Assembly (NCBI GenBank): GCA_951406725.2
Contig: OX597827.1
Coordinates: 58,094,001 to 58,158,000 of the forward strand
Source of the DNA: Octopus vulgaris
Lineage: Eukaryota
DNA: 64,000 bases
Reading direction: 5' to 3'
A program made the translations under genes and the position numbers. The notes below the pieces were generated by a model that worked only from the letters and a program-made list of their open reading frames with translations, was not told the origin of the DNA and made no database searches. Each line of letters begins with the position of its first letter. The first letter of the stretch is position 1. Below, in pieces: positions 25,217-37,994 of the stretch.

Positions 25217-26606
25217 CAAGGATTGGACAAGCTAATGGAATTTTTATTATTTAGTACAGGGTTTGTCCACCTTTGGCATCAGTCACAAGGAATTAACTTG
25301 TAAAGGTCCTGAGCAGTTCTTGGGGAATTTTGAGGCATTGTTCAATTATAACCTGCTTTAACTCTTTCAGTGACAATGGCTGAGGGAAGCAGCTCCTCAC
25401 TTGCTGCTCCAAAATACATGATAAATGTTCAGTTATATTGAGATCCAGTGGTTGTCGGGGAAAGTCCAAGTGGTTTACTTCACCTTTATGCTCTTCATAC
25501 CAATTTTGGAAAATGGGTGATAAATGATGATGATGATGATTAGCCATGTGAATTGGAACATTATCATTTTGGAAGATTGTGGTACCATCAGAGAGCAGTG
25601 CTTTGCCATATGATGGACATGATTAGCCCAAATGTTTAGGTGTTCATTGTGTTGACTCAGTTGTGTGGAACAACTAAAGGGCCAAGAGAATTCCATCATC
25701 ACAGAACCAAACAGTCAGAGATAAAGGCTTCTTTATGCTGTCTCCAGGCATAAATTCACTCCAGAGTGGGGAATGATGATTTATCAGAAAAGATGACATC
25801 GTTTCATTGAGCAAATGATGACTTTTGAAAGTCTAGTCAACATTTTCTCCACTTACCAGTGTTGATGGTGGACAGGGTACCACCTATGGTATCCAGTTTT
25901 ATGAAACTTGTGATGAATAGTTTTGATTGACATAAGACAGGCATGGTCATGGTTTAGCTTTGCTGTCACTTTTGTTACCATAGTTTGATGGCTTTTAGAC
26001 CCAGTGGTTCTGCAGTAAGCTCCATGAGCTTAGCTTCCCATCCAGAATTATGCTTGCCAGAGCTGGTTTTACTTTGGTTTTGGGGTGCCAGCATGATTTT
26101 TAAAGCCTTTAGCATTCAGATTTCTTTGACAGATGTATTGCTTATTTATTCACATTGTTTTGAATTAATCATGCATTATGTTATAGCTTCAAGATTTCAA
26201 TGGTGCGTTTGTATAGTTTTAGAATGGCATTGCAGGATTGGTGTGAGAGGTTGCATCTAGTCAGTTTTAATATAAAACAAGTAGAATTTTTGAGCTGGAT
26301 ATGGCCAGATTAGATGTTAATGGGTTAAACAATTCAGTAGTTTTAGTTACTGAAGCTCCAGCCATCTACACCCTAGCAATTTGCCCTCTTTGGAAATCAC
26401 ATAGGCCGTGTATTTTAACTTATTTAAATATAATATAATATACCAAAAAAAAATTTTTGAAAAAAAAACCCACACTATATACCATGAAGTGCAAGGCAAA
26501 CATAATACATATGAACTCATTTATACAGACTAGAAATTTTGAATTTGTCATATTGGCAATGCAAAACAAATAAATATATCTCATTGCCATTATTTTGTCC
26601 ATCCCA
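25217..26606 (-). mobile_element. Degenerate Tc1-like DNA transposon (compatible with DD36E) with nested MITE
   Basis: TIR remnants CAAGGATTGGACAAGCTAATGG (25217) and CCATTATTTTGTCCATCCC (26587-26605). Minus-strand FQNDNVPIH...WYEEH...PRQPLDLNITEHL...LKELKQVI, i.e. decayed QDN and SPDLNxIE motifs. Confidence 0.8.
26104..26324 (-). mobile_element. piggyBac-type MITE nested in Tc1 remnant
   Basis: TTAA...CCTTTAGCATTCAGATT ... GTTAATGGG-TTAA; reverse complement of the 27153 copy. Confidence 0.75.
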
Positions 26607-26616
26607 CCACTCTGTT

Positions 26617-26659
<43 letters not shown>

Positions 26660-27152
26660 TTATATATATATATATAAGCCATAAAGTCAGGTAGTGCAAT
26701 ATGGATTTTTTCCCCATTTGACTTCCATATGATTGCAGCCATTTCATAACCTTCATCATATAGTATCATTAATTCCGGTATGCAAAATTACATATATATC
26801 TATATATAGTGACTGTTTGCCTGTTGCAGAGTTTGACCTCTTCTTGCACCTGTAATTGCTCTTTCCTGGCGTGAGATCTTAAATGATTTTCGAGCCCTGA
26901 AAGGCATTAGAGATCTACTCACAAATACAGCAGCAATGTCTCATTTTTGCATTGGCTCCATTTTCCACTTGTTTATTTTGATTAATGTTCAAGTGCTGCC
27001 TCATTCACCTGTGTGATTGAAAAAAAAAAAGCTCTCTATGTGCGTGTGTGTGTACATGCATTGTATGTATGTGTGTGTGAATGACTTGCTCACTCTCCCT
27101 ACATGCACACAAAGAGAGCAGAAATGATAAATAATACATATAACTGACTTAA

Positions 27153-27369
27153 CCATTTAGCATTTAAACCAGTCATATCCAGGCCATATATTCTACATGT
27201 TTTATGTTCAGACTAGCCAGATCCAGCCTCCCACATCAGCCTTACACTGTCATTCAAAAATAAACAATCACATCATCAAAATCTCAAAGCTACAAGATAA
27301 TGCATGCTTAATCCAAAACAATGTGAATAAATAAGAACTACATTTCACAGTGACCTGAATGCTAAAGGG
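27153..27369 (+). mobile_element. piggyBac-type MITE
   Basis: TTAA-CCATTTAGCATT...AATGCTAAAGGG-TTAC. Confidence 0.8.
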
Positions 27370-27849
27370 TTACGATGTAAATTACAGCTTCTTTCAAATC
27401 TCAACAAATTTAACTTTCAAAGATTTGTCCTCTGAGTCATATATAAATCATGCCGCGTCAGGTGGGATATCAAAATCCAAGAAATATTTTATACACACAG
27501 TAGCTGAAAATTATGTTTTTTCAGTTTCTACTATTGTTACAATGTGATTATGTGTGGATATTCAAGTGACATAGCTGAAGAGGCACCTCGCTCAATGTTT
27601 TATATCTGGCTTAGTATGACCAATTTTGGCAATGAAATTTCACCTTCTTCTGCTGTCACTAATAACATATCAAGTTGGCCCCATCATTTATAAAATAAGC
27701 CTTCTATCCAGTTATAAGTAATCATTGTAAGCAATACTCTTTATTCCAATTTCTTCTTCTTCCAAATTCAAAAATAATCAGAATATTAATATATAGAGTT
27801 TCTATTTACCAGTTAAGTCTGGCAGAAGGGAATGTTTCCATGGCCTTTG

Positions 27850-29660
27850 GGATTGATGCTATTAGGATTTCATATATGCTGTTGCAAGTCTAACAGCTGC
27901 TAGAAAGACATGTGGGGAGAGGAATTTCAGATAGCTGACATTCTGCCGAGAAAGTAATTGACATAGTAAGTAGTGTGGGACCTGGTGTGTTGGATACAAT
28001 ATGGATAATTAAAGGAGGGAAGGCAAGTGAGTCAAGAGTACTTGAGTAGCAGTGGTATGAGACCTGCCATGTCCAAGGAGCAGGTGTTGTAGCAGTTTTA
28101 GAAAAGAGAGAGAGGTGGGGAAGAGACAGCACACTTATGGGTCAGAGGTTAGAATGTGAGTGACTTCATCATGCCAGTCAGTTGAGTAGCTTTTTCTGAG
28201 TGCAGTTTTTGGATGCTTGTGTGTACTGCAGTAGCACTATCCAGATATGGGGACAGTACTTTGTGTGTCTCACCTGAGCTTTTTACAGAGTTAAAGTTGT
28301 TCAGAAGGCTAAAGTATTTTGTGGCATCTCATAATAGAGGTCTGACATTTGAATTAATTGCAATGGTTCAAGTTGCATGTTGCTCATATCTAAGGAGGGT
28401 AAGGTACAATGATGTTTTTTGACTGTTGAAGGAGATAAGATTGGCATGACCTCATTGTAGAATGTTTCCAAGACCACTGTTCATGGAGGGAGAGCAGATT
28501 CAGCACAAAGGATTTAGACTGCGTGTGGATGACACCTGGGGATGATAAGTTAGGGAGGAATAAAGGATTGTATTTTCTGTGTAAGAGGGAGCATTGTTGG
28601 CAGTAATAGTAAGGAGATTGTTGAAAAGTGGTGGGGGTAGGGGTGGAGAAAACAAAACCTGCAGTGCACCAGATTTGATTGTATGGGTTGGAGAGAGAGA
28701 GAGAGCTTCATCAGCACACACTTTAATAAAGTGATGTGACAAGAAACCACAGATCCAATAACTGAGAGGTGGATGGTTTTGACAGGAGATTTTGCATTCC
28801 AAGCATGACCAAAAGTTTTACTGATGTTAAGGGCAATAACATTGCTTTCAGCAAATAAATCTTAGATGAGATCCCACTGGTAAGTGACATTGGAGATTAG
28901 ATTCCTTGTAGATCTGGTTTTACAAAAGTCATTAACAAGGGAGAGAGATTCAAAGTGTTGGAGAATGTTGTTGTTGAAGACTGCTTTCATTATCTTTGAG
29001 ATCCTGAAAGTGTTTGAGGGAAGATGATAGCTGACAAGATCAGAAAGACTGGAAAAGAGACATTGATGCATGTTTCCAGAATTGGGGTGCATAGTTTGAG
29101 GGTAATGAAAGGGAATTGTCAGTGTTTGTGGCCTTGCTGGTTCAAAGTAACCAGAGATGTTTTTGCATTTGACATGCATATGTGCATGGTGGTGAGTAAT
29201 CTGGAGTTGGATACTAAGTAGGCAGGGAAGCTGGTGACTTTCTTTATAGAAGTATTACTCAGAGAATCACTTTAGCCTAGATGTGGAGGGAAAAAGAATT
29301 CACAAAATTGGTAGAGAGTCTTATGGCTAGGGATTGATTGGCTTTTGTTTGAGAGCAGGAGAGTTTAACGGCTGTGTGATGTATGGAGGCATTTTTCATA
29401 GGCTGGATGCTAGTGTTGCAGGAGTTTCACTGTTGGGTAAGAGCTGGTTAGTTTGTAAGGCTGGGTACTTTTTACAAAGGTTTGCAAGCCTGCAATTTTT
29501 TACTTGATCTGCTGTAGTACAACTTGGGGTACTGTGAACTATGACTTTTGGTTGTGTGAAGCACATGTTTTGTTGTGGAGGGATATGCACATGAGGATAG
29601 TTTCAGTCACTCATGTAGCCTTTTCTAATGGGTCAGGATTGAAGCACATGCCAAGGATAT
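27850..29660 (-). mobile_element. Heavily decayed non-LTR retrotransposon (CR1/L2/Jockey-group) RT region
   Basis: Minus-strand KSGALQVLFSP...LFNNLLTITANNAPSYTENTILYSS resembles SGVPQGSVLSP...FINDL...HSYADDT. C-terminal PLTHKCAVSS resembles PLxHRRxVxS. Many frameshifts. Confidence 0.7.
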
Positions 29661-31399
29661 TTAGCACAGAACTTGTTGCACAATATCTTGCAATTTAAAT
29701 AATAAAAATCTTAAAATGTCTAGAATTCCAAAATTTTTATTCAACATAGTCTTCCATTTAAATGTCTATAACTCTGAAATATTTATCCGATAGTGTCTTC
29801 CATTTAAAAATATAGAGGTTAATGGCAGTTACACAGTAGAAATGTATCTGATTCAGAAATTCTTTCCTTTGTACTATTGTTGATGGTTTTACAATGTAAA
29901 TGATATTGTAGTGGTTTTGAATATGTGTCTCAAATGGGCTATTGTACTTCATCAATTGAAATGACCATTAGAGAAAAGTTTTGAAAATTAAGATGAAAGT
30001 GTTATCTAGAATGGATACAATGATTAGACAAATAGAAAGAAAAATTATTATGGCAGATTTTAAATGGCCAGGTGTGAAAGGTTTTGATTTCATTTTTGTT
30101 ATGGCATTTCATTGTATCATTGAACAAAACTTATTTCTATATTCTGTTATTGTTTAGTCATAGAACAGCCCTGATCTTATAACAAAAACATTCCATCTGT
30201 TGGCCATCTTGCCTTTTTGAGCACCAAGCATTACATTGTCCAATGTGTCTTTGTTTTTTTTTTTTGTTTTTTTGGAGATAGTGAGATATTGTATGAGGGT
30301 GATTAGGCTATTGTATCTAGCAGGCCATGTGAGTGGTTAATCCCTCTAGTGAACCTGTGTTTATACAAGGTTTCAAGTACAAAAACAGCAACAACAAAAA
30401 CAAAACAAAGTACAAGATAACAATTTTACACTATAAGGAAGGAACAGAGAAGAGTTCAGTGTTTCTGACTATGGTCCTTCATTGTGAAAAAATAGAAGAG
30501 AGAAAAAAAGGGAAAAGAGGAACAGAATATTTTATGGGAAGTAATGCTTTTATAATGAATGCCACATTCTTTCAATATGTAGATTTTAAATGGTCAAGTA
30601 TGGAAGACTCTAATTTGGGATGATGGTGGTCTTCATTCTAATTACTTGTTATGGCATTTCATTATATAAGTAAATGATTATCTAAAAAGGTTACCCTAAC
30701 AAACAAGTAACTTTATATTACCCTATAAGGTTGTATTCCACCCATAATACTCTACCACAGACTTGAAAATTAATAGTCAGTCTGAACACATCCAGTCTTC
30801 ATGAGAAGCTAAATTAAATTAAAAGACAATTGGTATACAAACTATTATTATCATGATAGATAAAGATCAATTAAAGTTTGTTTTTTAAAGCATACTTTCT
30901 GAAAGTACAATACTATTGTTTAATACAAGCTATTTTGTTCAGCATTTTTTTCTTTTTAAGTAAATGTTCCACACATTTAAGTAGTTACAGAAATTATTAA
31001 AGTCAATGTTTTATTGCAGAGTAAGCTTCCTATTGTTGGGTAAACAGTAGTATATACCTTTACTGTGGTTGTTAGAACTGAAGTAATGTGCTTTTATTTA
31101 ATAGCATACACACTCTAGAAATAGCAGTATTACATTTATTGCTCCTTTGGTCAGTAATTGGAAAGTTAAATGTTTGAGAGGCAAGTTTTCTATTAAATTC
31201 CATTACTTGTGTTATAAGTAATCAATTGATACTATTTATAATTGAGAAGAAAGGCAACGATATTGCATCCAATGTTCAGTGCTACAATGTTCGTGTGTAG
31301 ATTATTTATTTTGCTGTTATCATCTCTTCACAGAGGAGCAAGACTCAGTGTTCTGCTAAATTCCCTTTGTAGCTTATGTATAAGAACCTTGTTTGTGTT

Positions 31400-31633
31400 C
31401 TTTTATTTAGTTGTCTTGCAATGCTCCTCGACACATCATCAGAGATGTTACCTGGGGTCATTGGATGTTTCAGGTCTTTCAGCAGCCAGACACTCTTGCT
31501 CAGGCAACCAGCTGGGTTAACCAAGCACCAGTTTGTACCCAGTTAGCTGTACCCCATCCATAGATTTTACACCTTCTGATCCACAGCCACTTCAGTTGCC
31601 TCTGTAGCTAACTTGATGGCCTTCCCTCTGCTG
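31400..31633 (-). mobile_element. 3' end of a HERO-like (RLE-clade) LINE
   Basis: Minus strand: AIKLATEAT..WLWIRR then a 3' UTR GACCTGAAACATCCAATGACCCCAGGTAACATCTCTGATGATGTGTC and an A-rich end, like HERO tails recalled from other animals. Confidence 0.5.
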
Positions 31634-31696
31634 TTTGGTTATATTGATGAAAATTTCAGTCTACTATTTATTGCTTCAATCAGTTATATTATTTCT

Positions 31697-32013
31697 CTGG
31701 CACCTGTGTCGGTGGCACATAAAAAACACCATCCGAGCGTGGCCGTCTGCCAGCCTCGTCTGGCACCTGTGTAGGTGGCACATAAAAAAACACCATCCGA
31801 GCGTGACCGTCTGCCAGCCTCGTCTGGCACCTGTGTCGGTGGCACATAAAATCACCCACTACACTCTCGGAGTGGTTGGCGTTAGGAAGGGCATCCAGCT
31901 GTAGAAACACTGCCAGATCTGACTGGCCTGGTGCAGCCTTCGGGCTTGCCAGACCCCAGTTGAACCGTCCAACCCATGCTAGCATGGAAAGCGGACGTTA
32001 AACGATGATGATG
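31697..32013 (+). mobile_element. Young 5'-truncated SINE/RTE-tail element with 63-64-bp internal tandem units
   Basis: Units start CTGGCACCTGTG at 31697, 31760 and 31824, then GGTTGGCGTTAGGAAGGGCATCCAGCTGTAGAAAC and a (GAT)n tail. CpG-rich. Confidence 0.85.
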
Positions 32014-33130
32014 AAATATGGATCAATTTATCATCACATGTGACCTTTATTTTATAATGATAAGGAGTGGCTTAAAAATGATTTGGCTCCTATTCTATCA
32101 GGCCAAATGATTGCATAAAGATTTGAAAGACAGCTTTGTATTTAATTAAAGAAATGAGAACTTCAGCTGTAATTCACCATGGAAAAGTCTTCTTTTCCAG
32201 TGTCAATTTTAGTTCTTTTTCTCTCAAAGTGTGGTGCTCTCAAAGTCATCTTCAGAATAACCATGATAGCTTATGCTTATTTATTTATTTTAGTCTATGA
32301 GAAATGAAGTATTGTTTCAGGTATAGATCCATAAAAAATTTTAAAGCAATATTAAGAAAACACAGAACAGGTTATTATTTTTAATTACATTGTCATGGGC
32401 TATTGTTGGTAAATTATTAGAGGATCAGGCAAAATATTTTAATAATGAACCTTTATGGTTTAAATTAAAATCTGGATGGCATCAGTTTTGTTCTTTCATC
32501 CTTTTGGGTCAATAAAATTCCAGTCAAGCCCTGGAATTGATACTCCCCAACCCTCCAAAAAGTGTAGGCTTGTGACTATGTTAGAAATTGGTTTTCAGTG
32601 AAACAAAATGCTGTCTAGGAAAAATAAAATGGAAAAGGCATTTGAAATGACAGCTATTAGTTTTTCAATCTTTGTATGATTGCAAATATAAATAAATAAA
32701 TAAGTTCAATACCTTCATTTTTTTTATAGCAACTTCAAAGTATTTTATATTCTTTATTTTGTTAAGCCTTCTGTTCCATTTCCACAAGACTAAATATATT
32801 ATGTAAATATATATATGTATGTGTGAAGTGCAGAATAATAAATTACTTTGAAATAAAGTTACTTGAAGCAACTAACACATGCACACACTGTCTCAAACAC
32901 TCACATACTTGTGTGTGTATGCGTGTGTCTGTGTGTGTGTGTAGTATGCATGTGTGTGTATATATATATGCTCCTTCAAATGCATGTCTATACTTTGCAA
33001 ATAGGAATCTGTTTCATCAATCCCATAAGATGGAACAGGTGCTTGACTCAGGCTATAATCTTATACAGTGTAACATTTAATTCATTTGCAATAATTCAGT
33101 GAGAAAGAATATTTACAAAAATAAATAAGT

Positions 33131-33632
33131 AGGCGTAGGCATGGTTGTGTGGTAAGAAGCTTGCTTCCTGAGCACATAGTTTTTGGTTTGGACCCAGTGT
33201 GTGGCATCTTTGGCAAGTGTCTTCTAATATAGAATCAAGCTCACCAAAGCCTTGTGAATGGATTTGGTTGACGGAAGCTGAAAGAAGCCTGTCATGTGTA
33301 TGGTAGTATGGTGGTAAGTATCCCTGCCTGTCACGCTGGAGACTGGGGTTCAATTCCTTGCTGGGGAGGCTCATATTTTTACTGGCATGACCATAGCCTT
33401 AGAGCTGAAACATGAAGAAGAGTAAAAGAATGTGTGTGCGTGTGTTCGTCCCTCACTACTACTTGACCGCCGGTGCTGGTTTGTTTACGTCCCATAACTT
33501 AGCGGTTCGGCAAAAGTGACCGATAGAATACGTACCAGACTTCGAAAAGAAAGTACTGGGGTGGATTCATTCAACTAAAAATTCTTCAAGGCAGTGCTCC
33601 AGCACGGCCGCAGTCTAATGACTAAAACAAAA
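33131..33632 (+). mobile_element. CORE-like SINE interrupted by tRNA-Asp-derived insert
   Basis: Family head at 33131, core to ~33295, resumes ~33431 to tail at ~33632. Confidence 0.85.
33301..33368 (+). pseudogene. tRNA-Asp(GTC) pseudogene / tRNA-Asp-derived SINE head
   Basis: GTAGTATGGTGGTAAGTATCCCTGCCTGTCACGCTGGAGACTGGGGTTCAATTCCTTGCTGGGGAG closely follows metazoan tRNA-Asp (anticodon GTC at 33330-33332). The 5' acceptor strand is missing and CpGs are decayed. Confidence 0.85.
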
Positions 33633-34142
33633 GGAAAGTTTGAACATGAAAAAAAAAAAAACACCAGTGATGATACAATATTATATGAATCAAGCAGAAC
33701 AACTTGCTTTCTTTTTCTCTTGTAATTATTCTTTATGGTGATTTTAAAGCAACTAAACTAAGAAAATACACCTATTTTTTCTCTTACCACACCAGTTTTA
33801 AATATTGGGTGGGGTAATAATTTCTGGCAACTGCGACTTACGTGTAGGGGACATAACTCAGTTTTGTATTTGTTTTGATTTAATTACCTCATTGTGAAAG
33901 TGATAGAAAATTACTAGAGCATTTAATGTCATAAAGCCGCACTTTCTTACTCTATAATGTATTTAAAACAAAAAGACAAAAAATCTACATCTTCCTGCAT
34001 TTTTTCTCAAAAATTTTTGGAGTTTTATTAAAGAAAATTATTATTTTTATATTTTAATTTTTCAATAATACAGAATAATGAAGCCTCATTTGTTTTCTCC
34101 TGTAAATTACAGCTATAATATCTCTATCTATCTATCTATCTA

Positions 34143-34185
<43 letters not shown>

Positions 34186-34737
34186 GGCTGTTTTTATAAG
34201 GATATTTATTTCTATTACATTGTAGCTTATGCATTTCGATGAAAATCAAATGCTTAGATATGTCAATATTTCTTTTCCTGAATATTCTTTTGATGAAAGT
34301 TCATGTTGCATTATACTTTGCATTTATACTAAGTCATTTAATACTATCATGATTAAAGGCTGTTTGCAGTCAAATGGATCTGTGCTGGTACTCAGATCAG
34401 TTCACTTCTTAATAACAAAATTTTTAAAAAATTACAATTGAAAAAACTTTCCAGTGTTAGTAGTTGTGATAGAGAGAACATATGTAGTGGAAAAATTAAG
34501 ATAAATATAAATTTCTAAATACACTGGTAGACTAACCACGATACTGGAAGCTGACTGGATAATAATAATCTATGTGGAGCTCTAATCTATTTAGTAGTAT
34601 TCATACATCCTAATGTACACACAAGATAAAAAGAAAAACGCTTTTCTAAAGAAAATCTTTTCTAATCATGATTGTGGTTTTTAGTTACCAACTGGAACTG
34701 CTTTGCTTCAGTTAAAAATATGTTTTGACTAAAAATT

Positions 34738-35120
34738 GGTGCAGGTGTGACTGTGTGGTTAATAAGCCTGCTTCCCAACAATATGCTCTTTGGTTCAGTG
34801 TCACCATGTGGAACCATGGGCAAATGTCTTCAGACTGACCAATGCCTTGTGAGTGGAGTTGGTAGACAGAACTGAAATATATATATATATACGTGTGTGT
34901 GTGTGTGAATCTTTGTATTTGTGTTCTGTTTGTCCCTGCCATTACCTCTTGACAATTTGTGCTGGTTTCTTTGTATCTTTGTAACATAGTGGTTTGATAA
35001 AATAGACCAATAGAATAAGTACCATGCTTGAAAAATTAGTACTAGGGTCAGTTTGTTTGATAAAGCCCTTCAAGTTGGTGCCCCAGTATGACTGAATCGA
35101 GTAAAAGATCAAAGATAAGA
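34738..35120 (+). mobile_element. CORE-like SINE copy (decayed)
   Basis: Same motif order as 12031-12448. Confidence 0.8.
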
Positions 35121-36344
35121 ATGATTAATTTTCTCTCTGAGGTAACTTCTAAACCTCATACACATATAAAAGGGGTATTTTTTCTCTAATTTTAATTAAT
35201 TATTTTTTCCTTTTTTGTTTATTTAAGTCACTTTTTGTTATCTATATTATAATTCTGCTTGTTTGTTCATTCACACAGTATGCTTTAGTTTGTTAGAGAT
35301 AGAGAGAGAGAGGAAGTGGGAGTGAAAGAGATAGCAGATAGCCACTGCCACTAACCATGCTGTTACCATAATGGAATTGAAACTAAATATGTAAATAAAA
35401 ACATTGTGTACATTAATTGCTTATAATGATAAAACATTGCATAATAAGGAATATGCAATTATATAGTAATTTTGGAGTTTCTGTAGAATTTTAAGTACTA
35501 ACAAATGATATGTGTACTAAATATTGCATAGATTGTTATTGTATATTTTTCTATCATTTATTGCACAAGCAATAATAAGATTTGTATGCAATAAAAATGC
35601 AAATCATTGTTTCTTTCTTAAATAGCTCCTCTTAATTTTTTCATTCCCTGGTATTTCCATGGGCCTGACTAGTTTTTATTAATGCATTCGTGTTCTAAAT
35701 TATTTTCCACCATCAGTTTAACAATACTGCCTCAGATCTTTTGAAAATTCATTTCTTTCAGCATCCTCTGATACAAATTTATAAATTCGGTTAATGAATT
35801 TCTTTCTCCAACCCAGTTCTCTTTTTTTTTCTTTTTTTTTTTTTTGCAAATAAATATGAAATTTACTATTAAAACATTACACAATTGCCTTTTTTTCATG
35901 TATGAGGAAGCCCATTGTTATCAAACACATGAGAACGTTTTTGTTTTTAATTTAGTTGAACTCTTTCGAATCCTAATCACCATGGTTCACTATCAACATT
36001 GATTAGGTCATTCATTTATTCATCACGCACATATGCTTATCTGTTTTTGTACATTGATTGATTACATTTTTAAAACATTTAAAATAAAAGCATACTATGA
36101 ACCTGCATTCTCTTATGCACTTCCTATTGTATTTCTTCTACCCACTCCCCTGCTTAGTTTACTAATTTTGTATGCAAAAGTCTCTCACTAATTATCCAAT
36201 GTTCTTGTTTACAAAAATGTATTCACAAAACGTACCTAATTAGATCAACCATTTTATTTATTACGAAGGTGCTAGGTATTTATATTATTTCATCCCTGAC
36301 AAACTGAAATGAATGGGATTATATATAAATCCTAAAGTGTTATC

Positions 36345-36576
36345 TATTACTCGGTTCAGTCATTAGACTGAGGCCATGCTGGGGCACCACATTGAAGAAT
36401 TTTTAGCTGAATGAATTGACCTCAGAACTTTTTTTTTATTTTTCAAACCTGGGTCTTGTTCTATCAATGACCTTTGTTGAACCACTGAGTTATGGGGATA
36501 TAAACACACCAATAATGCTTGTCAAGCAGTGTTGGGGGACAAAACACATACAAACACACACACAGATATATGTGTA

Positions 36577-36620
<44 letters not shown>

Positions 36621-36770
36621 CATACATACAACAAGCTTCTCTCAGTTTCCATCTACCAAATCCACTCATAAGGTTTTAGTAGGAGATACTTTCCCAAGGT
36701 GCCATGCAGTGGGACTGAACCTGGAACCATGTTGTTAGGAAGCAAGTTTCTTACCACACAGCCATGTCTG
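36345..36770 (-). mobile_element. CORE-like SINE copy
   Basis: Reverse complement of the 12031 family with internal TG/TA tract. Confidence 0.8.
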
Positions 36771-37942
36771 TTATGTTTATTAATTAGTCCAAATTCCTCT
36801 GAGAGAGATGAAACTCTGCCTCAGACATGAGCAACTTTTCTGAGAAGTGGGCCATGATTCATCATCAGTTGGGCCACAATACTTTAAAAATTTAAGTAAT
36901 TTTTCCTTTTTCAGAAAGTTCTGTGGAATACTGTTTGCCCTTTATTCTACATGGCTGCTCATCTTGCTAGAACCAATAGCAAATTCACTCTCAGAACGCA
37001 CACTACTCCCTTAAAAAAGAAAAGGTCACAATTAAATTGGTCAATGCAAGAACACCTTTCATCATAGATCTGCTCATTCAGTACTGACCTGGTGTTTAAA
37101 CTACAACTTTATCAGAAAATACAATGACGATATTGAGAGATAAGCCTGGTCAAAAATTTTTGTTTTTACAATGTAAGGAAGTGCAAAATCTGATTCCAAA
37201 ATCTCTAACTATAGTATTTATTTCATGATATTTTAACTATTTATTTATTCATTTTTTTTTATTTGTAAGCTAGTTGAAGAAAGAAGAGAATGTTCTGTGA
37301 CCTTTGCACACTGTTGAGATTGATTTATTTAGGCAATGCAAAATTATTGCTTCGAAAAAGGTATTATTGTTAATTTATATCTTAGTTATTCTTGATTCCA
37401 TGACATGACGTGTAGTACATAAGTCATGTTATGAGAAATAACTAAAATATAATGTAAGAAAGATGAGAGGAAAAACAGTAGGATATAAAAGTTTCATAGA
37501 TATTTTTGTGTTGTTTTTTTTACAAAATCACTTTTGCTTTCTTCCTCTATAGATTTTTTAAACAATTTTCCCTACCTTTTGTATTGTGTTTAAAATAGAT
37601 GCCCTATTAGCTACTAAATGTGTCAACTTTCTTATTATAAATGAAGGTTCTTTAAATTTATCACGTTTTACTTGTGCCAGGAGAGGTGCCACTTTTAGCA
37701 ATTTATATTGGTAAAATACAGGCTAAATGTTTAGTTTTGGATTTCATAGACCCTCATCCATCAAAGTGCCAACTTGGCATAACTATAGTGATATGCTGGG
37801 AAAGTATTTACTATGCCAATTGGCCATCACAGGACCTATTTCCTATGATAAGTAACTTGGAATGTAAGTTATGCTGTGACATATGTCTACAGAAATCTTA
37901 CACACACACACATGCGTGTGCGTATAAATGTATATATGTATG

Positions 37943-37991
<49 letters not shown>

Positions 37992-37994
<3 letters not shown>

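Noticed and set aside
31697-31850. Regularly spaced repeats superficially like a CRISPR array
   Set aside because: Eukaryotic DNA; units are contiguous with no unique spacers and are part of a retroelement.
35555-35599. Hairpin containing TATTGCAC (miR-92/25 seed)
   Set aside because: Seed is on the 5' arm, the rest does not match miR-92, and the AT-rich stem is too short for a pre-miRNA.
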